NCBI GenBank assembly: GCA_048013815.1
Contig: CM106586.1
Location: 10,540,001-10,604,000 of the forward strand
Length of the DNA stretch: 64,000 nucleotides
Source: Setoptus koraiensis
Taxonomy: Eukaryota > Animalia > Arthropoda
Direction of reading: 5' to 3'
How positions within the stretch are numbered: position 1 is the first letter of the stretch; every line of letters starts with the position of its first letter. Made by a program: the position numbers and the translations under genes. The notes under the pieces were generated by a model that was given only the letters and a program-made list of their open reading frames with translations, made no database searches and was not told where the DNA came from. This document shows positions 21,431-32,516 of the stretch, in pieces.

Positions 21431-23752
21431 AGTGGTATCAAGACGATCCTATAATTATATAGGTTAACGAGCCGTACAATGCCGCGACGGGACGGGTTAA
21501 AGGACGAAGCAAACAAAACAGTATGTAATAGCATATCTATAAACCACCAACAGCATTGGATGGTGTGTTCTTTTTTGTCAATGATATTGCTGTCAATTTG
21601 ATCAATTTGTCATCAATGGTTCAAAGTTGATGAACAATTACAATATACTTACATGAGTGTATATAACACTTGATTAACAATCTCTCCTTAATGACATTAC
21701 AAGCGATAATGAATTGTTGATCTTGAAGTATGTGTGTTTGCTTGTAATTTTAATTATTTACATTAATAAGCAATGTAAGTAGCGCTGCCTATTGGTGTGA
21801 CATCTTAATGACGTGCTCCTATTAGTCACTATGTGACAATTGGCAAGATATGAGTGACATCAGGTTCATAATAGGACGAACCGTTACTTTTGCAATTTAC
21901 GCCAATCTCTTATGTCACATCATGCTGCTGGCTGCTGATGATGATTAGGCATAGGCCCTTGGCGTGCATATAATAGCAGTTACTCACTGCTATTACGCAC
22001 AAATGATTGATTGTGATATATGTATCATCATTTTGGTAAGCTGTCAGCACAGTTTGCAAGTTAGTGTTGCATTTTATCATCAATGTTATCTAATAAAGCA
22101 CTAAATATGCAACCATGAACAGACTACATGTCTGGCTATTGCCATCGTCAAGCATTATGTCTCTCTGTCTGTCTCGCTGTTTCTTTAGCTCGCTTGCTGT
22201 TGCATTTCTTGATTAGTTACGCGATCAAGATGCGATAATGATGATAAAAAGCCAATTTGACAAACTGTAGACGCCAACTTATTAGTCATACATAAAAATA
22301 GATCGATAATTTATGTGTGGTATATGTGAGTGCGTATGAAAATTAATAATGTTGATTGAGAAATGGATAAAAAAAAGTTGTCAATGAACGTCGACCATGA
22401 ATTAACATCATTGTTTGTGCGTGTAGCGGATACCACAAGACCTCTATGTGATCTATCACCGGGCGTGTGTGTGTGTGTTGGTGTTCATCAAAACTCTTGC
22501 TACATCACATCAATTGATATGATGATATAATCATAATATGGAATTAATAATTCCTAACACAACAAACATAATTGTTGAACAAATATGCATTGACACATTA
22601 TTAGATAATAGGCGCCACCATAAGGCGCATATAGATCATGTTTATAAACTCGAGTCTCGAGCTAATATAATATAAATTCGCATGGCTTTTCTTCATGCTG
22701 CCTGATTGATTGAATCGGTTAATTGCGACGGCGACGACGACGACGACAACCAAGACACAGGCAGCTATAGTTAATCAACAAATAAAATCCACTCTTCTCG
22801 CTTAATGTGACATATACAGCGTGTGTCTAAGTGATGATTATCATGATGATACTTGATGGTTAGTCTTATGACTACTGACTGTGTACAACAAACATTACTT
22901 CAAGTTGAATTGAACATGCTGCTCGCTCGTTCGTTTAGTTAATATTGTTGGTATTGTCATTAACAATTGGTGTTATTAATTAATTGGTTGAGGTTAATAT
23001 TATCTTAGTTGGTTCGGTGAAACGATTGCTCAACTGCTGCTCTCCGTCAATCATTATTATTAATATTGTCATTCGAATAGTTTGTATGACAACTTGTTAT
23101 TTGGTTGTAACATTACATTTGCGAATGTGCGTATGTCGCATACTGGCAATAATTGGCGCAATTAATCGGTTAATGCATCACAACATAACTAGCCACAAAC
23201 ACGAACAAATACAACAAGTTATTTTCAATTTTCGCTAGTTGATTCAACACCAACATCAACACCGACACCAACACCAACAAGTTACAAGTTAATCAATCAT
23301 CTACATTTGCAAGCTCAAACACAACAGAGAAACAGCAACTATCATCAAGTTTTATATTACATTTATACATGTATATATATACAACTATAAGCAAGAATAT
23401 TCCAATAGTGTCTGGTACTATATCGTAGATTCTATTATCAAGACAGCAATCTTGGCGAACACACAGAAAACTAATAGCTGTCATTGTCTTTAGATCGTTT
23501 ATGTATTTGTCTATCACGAGACGAACAAGACTGCAAACAGATTACCACTATAATAAATGCACAAATAGATGTTTCATGTTTTTAGTTTCTCCCTGACAAG
23601 AGAAACAAAAGCAGCTTGTCGATCAACATAAATTAGAAAGTATATAAAGGCAAACTGTATCACTTTAATTGACGTATCGCGGTAATAGCTCAGATAAATT
23701 GATTTGTAATCAATTTGTGTTGTAATTAAATAGTAATTAGGAACAAATAGAA

Positions 23753-25136
23753 ATGTTATTCAAAAACAGTCGCCATTGTGCTTGTTTTAAGCTGGCCCAG
23801 CAATGCCATCAGTATAGGCACCTGCAAACATCGCTGCTGTCAAATGATCATCAATACAACAGATCTAGGTGCTGTGCTCGTCCGATTTTAGTGGATAGGG
23901 CCGAAGTTTTCTTTGGCTTAGCACTGGTATTAGGCACTGTTATTTTGTTTGTAGAAAGTTTACCTTATCAACAATGGGACCCGTCAACTAACGGAGCCCA
24001 TTCAACCAATCAGATTGCTGGAGATAGCGAAAAGCAAACTAGAGTGCAACAACAAAGTACAGAAGGCTCACAAATGACAACCAATATGCCGCAAACAGAT
24101 TACAAGCAATCCACTCCAATGTTCGACGGATCCGCAATGGTCGAACACACAGCAAGTGACAACAAACAAACAAACGAGATCGCTAGAAATGTTTTAGAGC
24201 AAATTCTGAGACAATATTACAGCAGAGTGCTGGGCAACATGATAATGGTACGCAGGCCGGCCCTGGTCGAATCTCAAGTTGTCTCAAAACGAAGACAAAT
24301 GGAGTTGCCCTCGACAACTGAGCAAACTATGGAGACGCCGATCGCGGCGTCGTCGCAACCGTCCTATGCCAAAGTCGACACCGGTTCGTCCCTCGAAGAT
24401 CACTACATGCTAATTGTAAGTGCTCGGTTAATCTAGTCAACTCTATCCACAACTAAGTTCATGTGCCGAAGAGGCTCGGTTAAGGATTTCCAACTTGACG
24501 GTTAACTAACGGTAGTTTACTTTTTCCTCTATCTCCGTTCACCCTAAACAGGAGAGTTACGCAAGAAGTCCCCTTGACTTTTTCACGGCCACCAACAACA
24601 CAAACAGTTCGGAAAATTTGGTTAGTGATGCATCTCCAACGTCCGACAACAAACGCCGAGCGATTGTGAATGAAAATTCAGTTGATTCACCGACTTCCGT
24701 CCAGGACATAATCAGTAACGGAGAGAATGACAATTATTTTGAGGCACTTCTCAATGAGATCGCCATCGATCACATGCTCTATTCTCAAGAGAGACCCGCC
24801 AATGATCAGCATCAACAAATGAACGAGGATTCTGACGGCGAGTCATCACTGATAAGCAATGACCAACAGGCAGAGGGCAACACTGAATATCTCGGAGATA
24901 CTGATATGAATATTAGAGCCAGTCTCTCATCTACAATTAACGATTTAAATCAGCAGAAAAGTGATGGTGGACTAAGCAATTTACTACTCAGGCGACAACA
25001 ACAACACCAATCAACGGTTGCGCCAGCATTCATATCATCGTTGGCCTCCTCGTTTGCCATGGACGACTTTTCCAAGAGACATATAAGATTTCATCCGTGC
25101 TACTTCAATCCAATTTCATGTTTCACAAAACGCTAA
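23753..25136 (+). CDS. AstC: Allatostatin-C (PISCF-type) prepropeptide; exons 23753-24415 and 24552-25136, about 415 aa
   Basis: C-terminal KR-HIRFHPCYFNPISCF-TKR. Phase-0 intron with GTAAGT donor, TAACTAAC branch point and CAG acceptor keeps the frame. Hydrophobic segment VFFGLALVLGTVILFVES. Confidence 0.88.
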
Positions 25137-26236
25137 AAAACAGTATCAGTTGCTAGAAATCCGGATTACAATTTCAGAATATCATTTAGAGAATCAAATT
25201 CCAAACAAAAAAAAGTTTAAATTGATTACGTCTAGTCGGATTAGGTAGCTATAAAAATCTATGAAAATCAACAGTGACGTTTAATAGTCTCTGAATGATT
25301 CTCTCAATAGATTAACACCCATTAAATGGATATAGCACTGGTTTTATACAATAGAACCGGTACACACGGAAATCACCTCATAAAGTTTCTCAGCGAAACA
25401 TCGACGGGTTCTCACGGTCAATGATATCTTCTTTGAAACAAGTTCAACTATGGCTCGATCTCAAAGAACAACGAAAGATAAAAGATATCTACTATTTTTA
25501 CCTGTTTTAGGTTATATGATATAGAATTGATATGTATCGGAGATGAGAATTAAATCTCATGATCTCAGCGATATTAGTGTGTTCAAAACCTTGCCATAAG
25601 TCTTTGAGGAGACAAAAGACAAGGATTGATGCATTGGCATAAAACGCTATATCGCACCAGAAGCTTGGCATATCGTCACATAGTTATTCTATGTTTATCG
25701 CTTTACAGTAATTCAAGAGTTAGCAACATCCAACTAATGAAAGTTTTGTTTCAATTGTTTCCTGTTGCAAAACCTACAAGAGAAAAAAAGTTGTTAATTA
25801 GAATGGCACTGCAATCACATATCCAGGTCAGAGCAAATTTATTGTTGCATCTTCTCCTATGAGACAGTTACGATAAATACACGAAGTGTAGCCTGAATTT
25901 CATAGTCAACACTAACGCAATAAAATAAAATTATATTTACAAAATATAGCTGAGTTTTATAAATTTCTGTTGACTCAAATCACGTAAGATACATGAGACG
26001 TGTATCATTCATCGTGTTATAGCAGTCTGTTCTTATGAAATATTTTAGTTTGGTGACAAAATCGAATGGCTACTTGACCGGAAGTTAGAGGAGTGGACTC
26101 ATGTGAGATCTGTTCGGTTGATTATTGTACAAGTTACATGTTCTACAGTTATAATATACATTTTTTTTTTCATTTCTCGTTCCAAAATTACATCATGCAG
26201 TTAGTGGATCGAATTCGACGATGAAATGACGTCTAT

Positions 26237-27502
26237 TTAATTATCTTTTTCTCCATATATAAATTTCAACGAAAAGTTGAGTTGCTTCAAGTCTTCTTGA
26301 ATTATGACAGTGAAATCATCCATAACACTATTAAATTCCATAATTGATCGCGGCGCTCGTTGATTCCAGTAACAATTGAACCGTATGAATAGCTCAACAT
26401 ATAGCTCGTTGATCATCGACAGTATATTGGATTTTTCAAAACGTTTAAAATATCTATCATCATATAAGAAATGTTTCAAGTGTCCATTCTTAATCAGTGT
26501 GAATATTGTATATGTTAAATTTATACCAACGATTGCAAATGGAAAGTTTGGTGTAATGTCATTGACAAGTAAGTTTTTTGCGATGATACTCCTGTGTCTC
26601 GCTAAATACTCGAGATTAATCAGGCCTAGCAGCCCCATTCCTCTGAAGTCAGTTCCGGGGTCTTCGCCTTGAAAGCCTATTGTATTGTGGAGCAAGAGAA
26701 AAAACAGGTCACAGTCAAATTTGTCAAGTTTGTCAAGTTTGGAATTCATGAGTTTCATTTGGCGAGAAAACTTACCGATTCTAGACCATCGATTTGACAC
26801 GAGAGCTGAGGAACAATCAATGGGTTCTTTGGGCATCATGTGATTCCATAGACTAATTAGTCTAACTGCATGCAACAAATCGCTTGATTCGTATTTAATA
26901 CTTGCGAGCTGACTGGCTATAACTTGAACTTGCCTATGGGTGTATATTCTATGGAGTGCGTCTTTCAAATCGATGAGACTTTGAGCTGGAGTGCGAGACA
27001 TTCCTTTCTCTTTGATTATCACATTGTATGTGTCTTCAAGCGCTTTCAGTTTGCTTGCGTGTGTAGATCGGACAACAGGACCATCTATATAGGAGTCCAA
27101 GTGGTCTAGTAGAGCCTCCACTTGTTCGGACGACAAGCTTGCTTCCTTCTCTTTGTCATCACACTGTTGTTGATGTTCATTGTCCAATAGGCCAAAAGTG
27201 TAGCCAAGTCGAAACAGTCGATATTCGCATAGCGCAGCCAGCGAATCTTTCCTCACCAATTGATTATGGCTCTCGAAATGGTAGTACTGGTCAACGACAT
27301 GATTGATGGCACGAGAACATGTCCTGTTGAGCCAATTCTCTAACAATTGTAAATAAGTTGAGTGGAGGAGAAAAAGATGTTGCTTACTTGTTGGTTGCTG
27401 GTAAAGATTTCCGAAGATTGTATTTAACTGCATTAGACTCACCGACATCGGAAGTTTTTGAACGGATGTCCAATTTACTGAGGCATATCCGTTGTATTTC
27501 AT
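26237..27502 (-). CDS. ELMOD2: ELMO domain-containing protein (ELMOD family); intron 26677-26775, possible second intron 27340-27387
   Basis: Removing the 99-nt GTAAGT..TAG intron restores WSRIG-FQGEDPGTDFRGMGLLGL. Also has the FPFAIVGINLT motif. Confidence 0.88.
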   Translation of the reverse strand: MKYNGYASVNWTSVQKLPMSVSLMQLNTIFGNLYQQPTSKQHLFLLHSTYLQLLENWLNRTCSRAINHVVDQYYHFESHNQLVRKDSLAALCEYRLFRLGYTFGLLDNEHQQQCDDKEKEASLSSEQVEALLDHLDSYIDGPVVRSTHASKLKALEDTYNVIIKEKGMSRTPAQSLIDLKDALHRIYTHRQVQVIASQLASIKYESSDLLHAVRLISLWNHMMPKEPIDCSSALVSNRWSRIGKFSRQMKLMNSKLDKLDKFDCDLFFLLLHNTIGFQGEDPGTDFRGMGLLGLINLEYLARHRSIIAKNLLVNDITPNFPFAIVGINLTYTIFTLIKNGHLKHFLYDDRYFKRFEKSNILSMINELYVELFIRFNCYWNQRAPRSIMEFNSVMDDFTVIIQEDLKQLNFSLKFIYGEKDN

Positions 27503-28116
27503 GCTTGCCCGTTAGTTTGTATATTACAGATTTAAACAGGCGCCGAATGAGAGTGGCGATAAAGAGAAAAATTAAATCAAGCTTACAGTGTAAGTTAATG
27601 TCCATCATTTAATCCTATGATTGTTATAAACTCTTGCGGGTCCTTCTTTTCGAAACCATTTCCACAGCTGGATAATTGGCAACAAAATGGCCATTTATAT
27701 TGGTCATTTGTTTATACATTGTATACGTTGTCTGTGTAGACGGGTTTTTCTTCAGCCATATGTTTGTGCTACAAATACAGGGTGTCAGACAAACACTGCA
27801 ACCCGATGATGATGTTCCGGTACGTAGTTTAGATGCAGTTACAGAGCAAGCAGCTGAACTCTTTCATGCTCGATCGTTCAAATTTGGCTCCAAGTCATTG
27901 CGTCACCATGTGCCGTATAACATGGCATAAAATAAAAACAATTGCCACCTGTCCATCCGTCATCCAGCATCCCTATCGACAGACAATCTCTATGTACACA
28001 GACGATTATTTCATTTGTATCAATATATCACCTAACTCTTTATTTATTACTAACTGATCAGCACACTTTAGATCGGCTCCCTTCAAATTTGGTTCGGGTA
28101 GCTCAACGGATAAGAA

Positions 28117-29319
28117 ATGAAAGCTCTAACTCTTTCCGTTGTGAACACTCCAATCTATGTGATCAAATCTCTTGGTCACTGCCATCTAATCATTGCCGGT
28201 GGCGGCGGCTCCTCCAAGACAGGAGTTAGCAACAAGATTATTATCTATGAGATAGTGGCCACCAAGAAGGCGTGCCAATTGAACCAGGTACAGGAGATTC
28301 TCTTGGAGTCGGACGCAATAATGACAGGAGCCCTTATGAGTTCGTTACACTATGATGAAAAAAACTTCTCATCAAATTCTCTTTTCGCAACTGCTGGATC
28401 GCCCACAAACAAGCTGCGCCTGTACAAAGTCAAATTCACATTGCCAGATCCATTTAAAACGGATATCAACGTTGCATTGGAGGGAGTAGCAATCGATGAT
28501 AGAATACAAGAGAATGATGGTTACAAATGTTTGGTTAGTACACAAGCAGGAAGCACACTTATAGGTGGTGGTATGAATGGAAGGGTTACAATTTGGCCAA
28601 ATATCTCGGATAATCTCGACTCATTCACAAAATTTCAAGCTCTCAGTTGTGAGATTGACGAATTAGATGCCCATCCGGACGGAATACAAGTGTTGGTACT
28701 GTCACGTAAAAAGGGCTGTTCTGTATGGGATATAACAAAGGAGAAAAAATTGCTCGAATTAAGCAAGACTAGTGTTAATTTGGATGATAGTTCTATAGCC
28801 TACGAATTTAGATCTTGTAAATTTAGTCCAACTATCAGTAAGAAAAATTCCGCCGCTTACTTATACACAGTGAGCAATCCCCCCAATTGTGTCAAGGCAC
28901 CATCTAAACTGACGAAATGGGAAACAAAAAATTACAAGATAGTTCAACAAGTAATGGTTGGAATGGACTCAATCATGGCCCTAGCCATCAGCAAAGACGA
29001 CAAATATATAGGCTTAGGCACAGCTGGAGGATCAGTCTATATACATAATTCATCAAATCTGCAACAGATTTATAATGTAAAAAAGGCTCATAATATATTT
29101 GTCACATCTCTGGAATTCCTCCCGTCCTCACAGGAATCTAAATTGTTGACAAACACAGACACTTGTTCGCTTGTGAGTGTAAGCGTTGACCAGAAAATTG
29201 TGCTGCATAGGCCGACCCAAAGCAAGTTACGTAAAGGTCTAATACTAAGATTTATTATCTTCATCTTAATTTATGTGATTTATGAAGTATTGACCTATTA
29301 CATCCCTTTACAGCAATAA
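28117..29319 (+). CDS. PREB: PREB/Sec12 WD40 Sar1 GEF, 400 aa
   Basis: GGGGSSKTGVSNKI K-loop, WD repeats (AHNIFVTSLEF), and a C-terminal transmembrane helix. Confidence 0.88.
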   Translation: MKALTLSVVNTPIYVIKSLGHCHLIIAGGGGSSKTGVSNKIIIYEIVATKKACQLNQVQEILLESDAIMTGALMSSLHYDEKNFSSNSLFATAGSPTNKLRLYKVKFTLPDPFKTDINVALEGVAIDDRIQENDGYKCLVSTQAGSTLIGGGMNGRVTIWPNISDNLDSFTKFQALSCEIDELDAHPDGIQVLVLSRKKGCSVWDITKEKKLLELSKTSVNLDDSSIAYEFRSCKFSPTISKKNSAAYLYTVSNPPNCVKAPSKLTKWETKNYKIVQQVMVGMDSIMALAISKDDKYIGLGTAGGSVYIHNSSNLQQIYNVKKAHNIFVTSLEFLPSSQESKLLTNTDTCSLVSVSVDQKIVLHRPTQSKLRKGLILRFIIFILIYVIYEVLTYYIPLQQ

Positions 29320-29460
29320 AGTACAATTGTTGAATATTGTAAGTTTTTGTTTGACAAAATAGTAATGGAATTTAAAGATCGGCAGCCGAGTAATATGAGT
29401 AAATAATGTTAACAAAACATAGGTAGAAACAGTTTATCTTTTGTTGAATGTATGTTTACG

Positions 29461-29496
29461 GACAGCCACCTCCATGAGCCTCAGGAAGTGGCTGTC
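29461..29496. other. Strong hairpin between the convergent PREB and SIN1 3' ends
   Basis: GACAGCCAC/GTGGCTGTC perfect 9 bp; 13 bp with one G-U on the minus strand. Confidence 0.6.
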
Positions 29497-29642
29497 TGCA
29501 TTCCTATTTACAATCGAAAGTATCCCAAACACAGATCAAACAGAGGAAAAATGTACTTCAACGGAAGTAGACAATTCTTTATAGTGTAGTCGGTTAATTT
29601 ATTCTGAGTAGAATGATATTTCACTAGATGCTTTTAGTCGAT

Positions 29643-30861
29643 TTAGTTGGTATTCTCCAATTTTGCATCTCGGAATATTAGCCGACGTAAACCTGACCAC
29701 CTTCTTGTGCGCGTTGATACCTTTGTAGTACTAGGTATTTCATCTCTTGATGAAGGGATCAAATGACTACAAAAGGCTCCATTCACAAATGTGTCTGTTC
29801 TTATGCTCTTGTTTGATTTTTCAGTCAGAGCTAACGTTGGAAAACCAAATTTTGATAAAGGTTCTTTATCATTTAGACTAGGAAAGTCAGCATCCACTTC
29901 ACCATTGTCCTCTGCTATCCTCAGGCAGTAATGATCCACATCATTTACCAGTTTCTTTTCGTGGCCCTCATTTGTGTACTGCCAACAGATAAGACCAATA
30001 AGATCGTAGACTCTTGCAGCTGAATTGATTATTATGTCTATAGTTTCGACTTTTCCTGCACGAGGACTGACTGAAGTGCTATTCTGTAAGTTACCATTAC
30101 CATTAGTTTGTAATGTGGAATCTGATGTGGGAGATTCAGTTGAATTTATGGCCATAAATATCTTGATATTCTTAGTTTGTCCGGAGTCGCTCACACGTCC
30201 GTCAAATTGAGCGAATCTATCGAACGGATTCCTAATAAATGGATATTTTTCCAGAAGCCGGCTTAAACCTGATTTCACGGGTGGCTCTTTAACGATCTCT
30301 CTCATTTCATCCAGCTCATTGCATTGATCCTGGTTGGAGGTTGGAGAGTCTTGCGATAGTCTGTCTTCATTCTGACTATTTGAGGGAGAGTTATTGCGCC
30401 AGACGATGGTTTTTATTCTTGACTGGTTGATTTTTTCCTGTTTCAATTTATCCAATCTCTGAGCCGTATTAGACCGTCTCCTATGCGTAGAAATATAATC
30501 TATTTCAGAATTGATATCATATGACTGGCGGGTCTGAATCAACTCGGATTCAAACTGTAAATCATAGGCTGATTTGGAGTAATTTAAATGAAGTTTACAG
30601 GTCAACGGACGGACTATGTTGCTGATTGTTATATATTGATGGTTGTTCAATGAACCTGGTTGACTTACCTGCTGGATTTAGGGTTTCAATATCACCTGTA
30701 TTATCACTAATTGTCGTATCATCAAATAAACATCGTTGATGGAGATTTTCGAAAACGCTCTCATCAAGCATAACAACTTCACACATTCCATTAGCATCTC
30801 CTGTTATGAATGAGTGGTAGATGTGGGATAATAAGAACCTTCTATCATCGTATAAAGCCAT
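29643..30861 (-). CDS. MAPKAP1: TORC2 subunit SIN1; exons 30861-30669 and 30568-29643, about 372 aa
   Basis: N-terminus MALYDDRRFLLSHIYHSFITGDANGMCEVVM, RRRSNTAQRLDKLK, and CRIM domain (LIGLICWQYT...YCLRIAEDNGEVDADFPSL...KFGFPTLAL). Phase-1 GTAAGT..CAG intron of 100 nt. Confidence 0.9.
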
Positions 30862-30948
30862 GAGATAGTCAAATAAAATTATTTAATAAAACAAATGCAG
30901 CTACAGAGTAGAGTTTATTTCAATAATGATGAAATTCGTCTAATGACA

Positions 30949-30990
30949 ACACATCCATGAAAATACCGACCGTGTTTCAGCTGTTTTCAT
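30949..30990. promoter_or_regulatory. Conserved module in the SIN1/SAE1 divergent promoter (copy A)
   Basis: Shares an exact 18-mer TGTTTCAGCTGTTTTCAT plus ACACATYCATGAAA with 34205-34245. Confidence 0.6.
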
Positions 30991-31196
30991 AACAATGCTG
31001 CAGCGGTGGATTTGAAATTCAAAGGGACTTCGTTTGGCGCAACGACTTTGCGCGTTGTGTGCACTGTTGCCGACAAACATACCGCGCACCGATGACCACA
31101 TGTGAATTTGTTGAATCTTTGATAAAATCACAAAACAAAAAAGAATTTATTTATCACATTATCATTAGAAGCAATTTTCTTCAAAAATCTGCAAAC

Positions 31197-32225
31197 ATGT
31201 TGGATAAGGAGGAGGCTGCCGTATATGATCGTCAAATTAGACTCTGGGGCGTGAGCGCACAAAATAAACTCAAAAAATCTAAAATTCTTATTCTGGGCTT
31301 CACTGGACTTGCATCAGAAGTGGTCAAAACATTAGTTTTGGCCGGTGTTCATTCCATAACTATTGTAGACAATAGCCCATTGCAACCTAGCGACCCATAC
31401 AGTAATCTCTTTTGTCGTCCCAATGGCACACCCAACGACCAAAGAACCTTCGCAACCTCAAGCAAATTGAATTTACTCAATCCATTGGTCAAAATTCACA
31501 TTGACAATAGTGACTTCACACAGTTGCCCGCATCATATTTTAAAGGTTTTGATCTAGTATCGCTGCACTCATTTGCCACCAAGGAAAACATCAGTAAAAT
31601 CAACAATATTTGTAGATCTCTCAACGTAAAATTTTACCTAGCTCTAGATTTTGGATTTTTTGGTGCCGCTTTCTCGGATCTCGGCGATTCTTTCACTTAC
31701 AGTATTGAAGAAAAAAACAACTCCCTCGATGATAAAGCCATGTCGGACGAGGACGATGACGACGAGGATGAGCGGCCCGCTAAAAAACCTCGTATGGAGG
31801 AGGTTATCAATTCTAACGTTGTTGAAAAAAAATTGGAGTTTGTGCCTTTTGAATCAATGCTCACTCAAATCGAAAACTACAAAAATCCCGTGCTACGTAT
31901 GCTTCACATTATTCTTGAGTTCTATTCCAAGCTTGGAAGAGAGCCCACTGCGGAGGATAACAATGTACTCAAAGAACTCAAGTTTGCGGATACTATCAAA
32001 ATTCAAGATTGGGCAGAGAACATTTATGGTAGCCTGAGCCCAGTGTGTTCCATCATCGGTGGTGTCATTGGTCAAGATATGATTAGAACGCTTTCTGGTA
32101 AAGACGCACCTATTTGTAATCTATTCCTATTTGACGGAATCAATATGAATGGAGTAATTGAGAAGGTAGGACCAAAGGCACCGAAACAAAATGTTGCTGC
32201 GCACATAGACGAAATTGTCCTATGA
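31197..32225 (+). CDS. SAE1: SUMO-activating enzyme subunit 1 (Aos1), 342 aa
   Basis: MLDKEEAAVYDRQIRLWGVSAQ, ILILGFTGLASEVVKTLVLAGV, and LSPVCSIIGGVIGQDMIRTLSGKDAPICNLFLFDG. The true ATG is 31197, not the track start 31059. Confidence 0.93.
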   Translation: MLDKEEAAVYDRQIRLWGVSAQNKLKKSKILILGFTGLASEVVKTLVLAGVHSITIVDNSPLQPSDPYSNLFCRPNGTPNDQRTFATSSKLNLLNPLVKIHIDNSDFTQLPASYFKGFDLVSLHSFATKENISKINNICRSLNVKFYLALDFGFFGAAFSDLGDSFTYSIEEKNNSLDDKAMSDEDDDDEDERPAKKPRMEEVINSNVVEKKLEFVPFESMLTQIENYKNPVLRMLHIILEFYSKLGREPTAEDNNVLKELKFADTIKIQDWAENIYGSLSPVCSIIGGVIGQDMIRTLSGKDAPICNLFLFDGINMNGVIEKVGPKAPKQNVAAHIDEIVL

Positions 32226-32234
32226 TATCATTAG

Positions 32235-32490
32235 CAGATATTCAACACCGAGGCACCTTACAATATCCTCATATTTTATTATTTTAAAAAAATACGTTCT
32301 TCCATCTATAACACACTTTCTCACGCACTGTCTTGAATGCTCCAACTTATTAGCAAAGAAACTTTCTGGATACTTTGAATGTGTCGCTTTCCTGTTTCGC
32401 ACATTTGACATTGAAACTTGTTTTGGGGACAATATCTCATTGTATCTTTGTTTTTGATGCATTTGTCCAGAAGAATCCGCCGATTCTGTT
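32235..32490 (-). pseudogene. Deletion-eroded 3' fragment of PIG-K, with its 3' UTR
   Basis: Aligns to 48013-48240 plus 48466-48528, with a 228-nt internal deletion and two smaller ones. Reads MHQKQRYNEIL/SPKQVSMSNV...FFANKLE. Confidence 0.85.
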
Positions 32491-32516
32491 GGTTTAAGTA
32501 GGCCTCAGTAAAGATA

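Noticed and set aside
25802-25825. AATGGCACTG matching the 5' end of miR-263/183
   Set aside because: Only the seed region matches and no convincing hairpin surrounds it.
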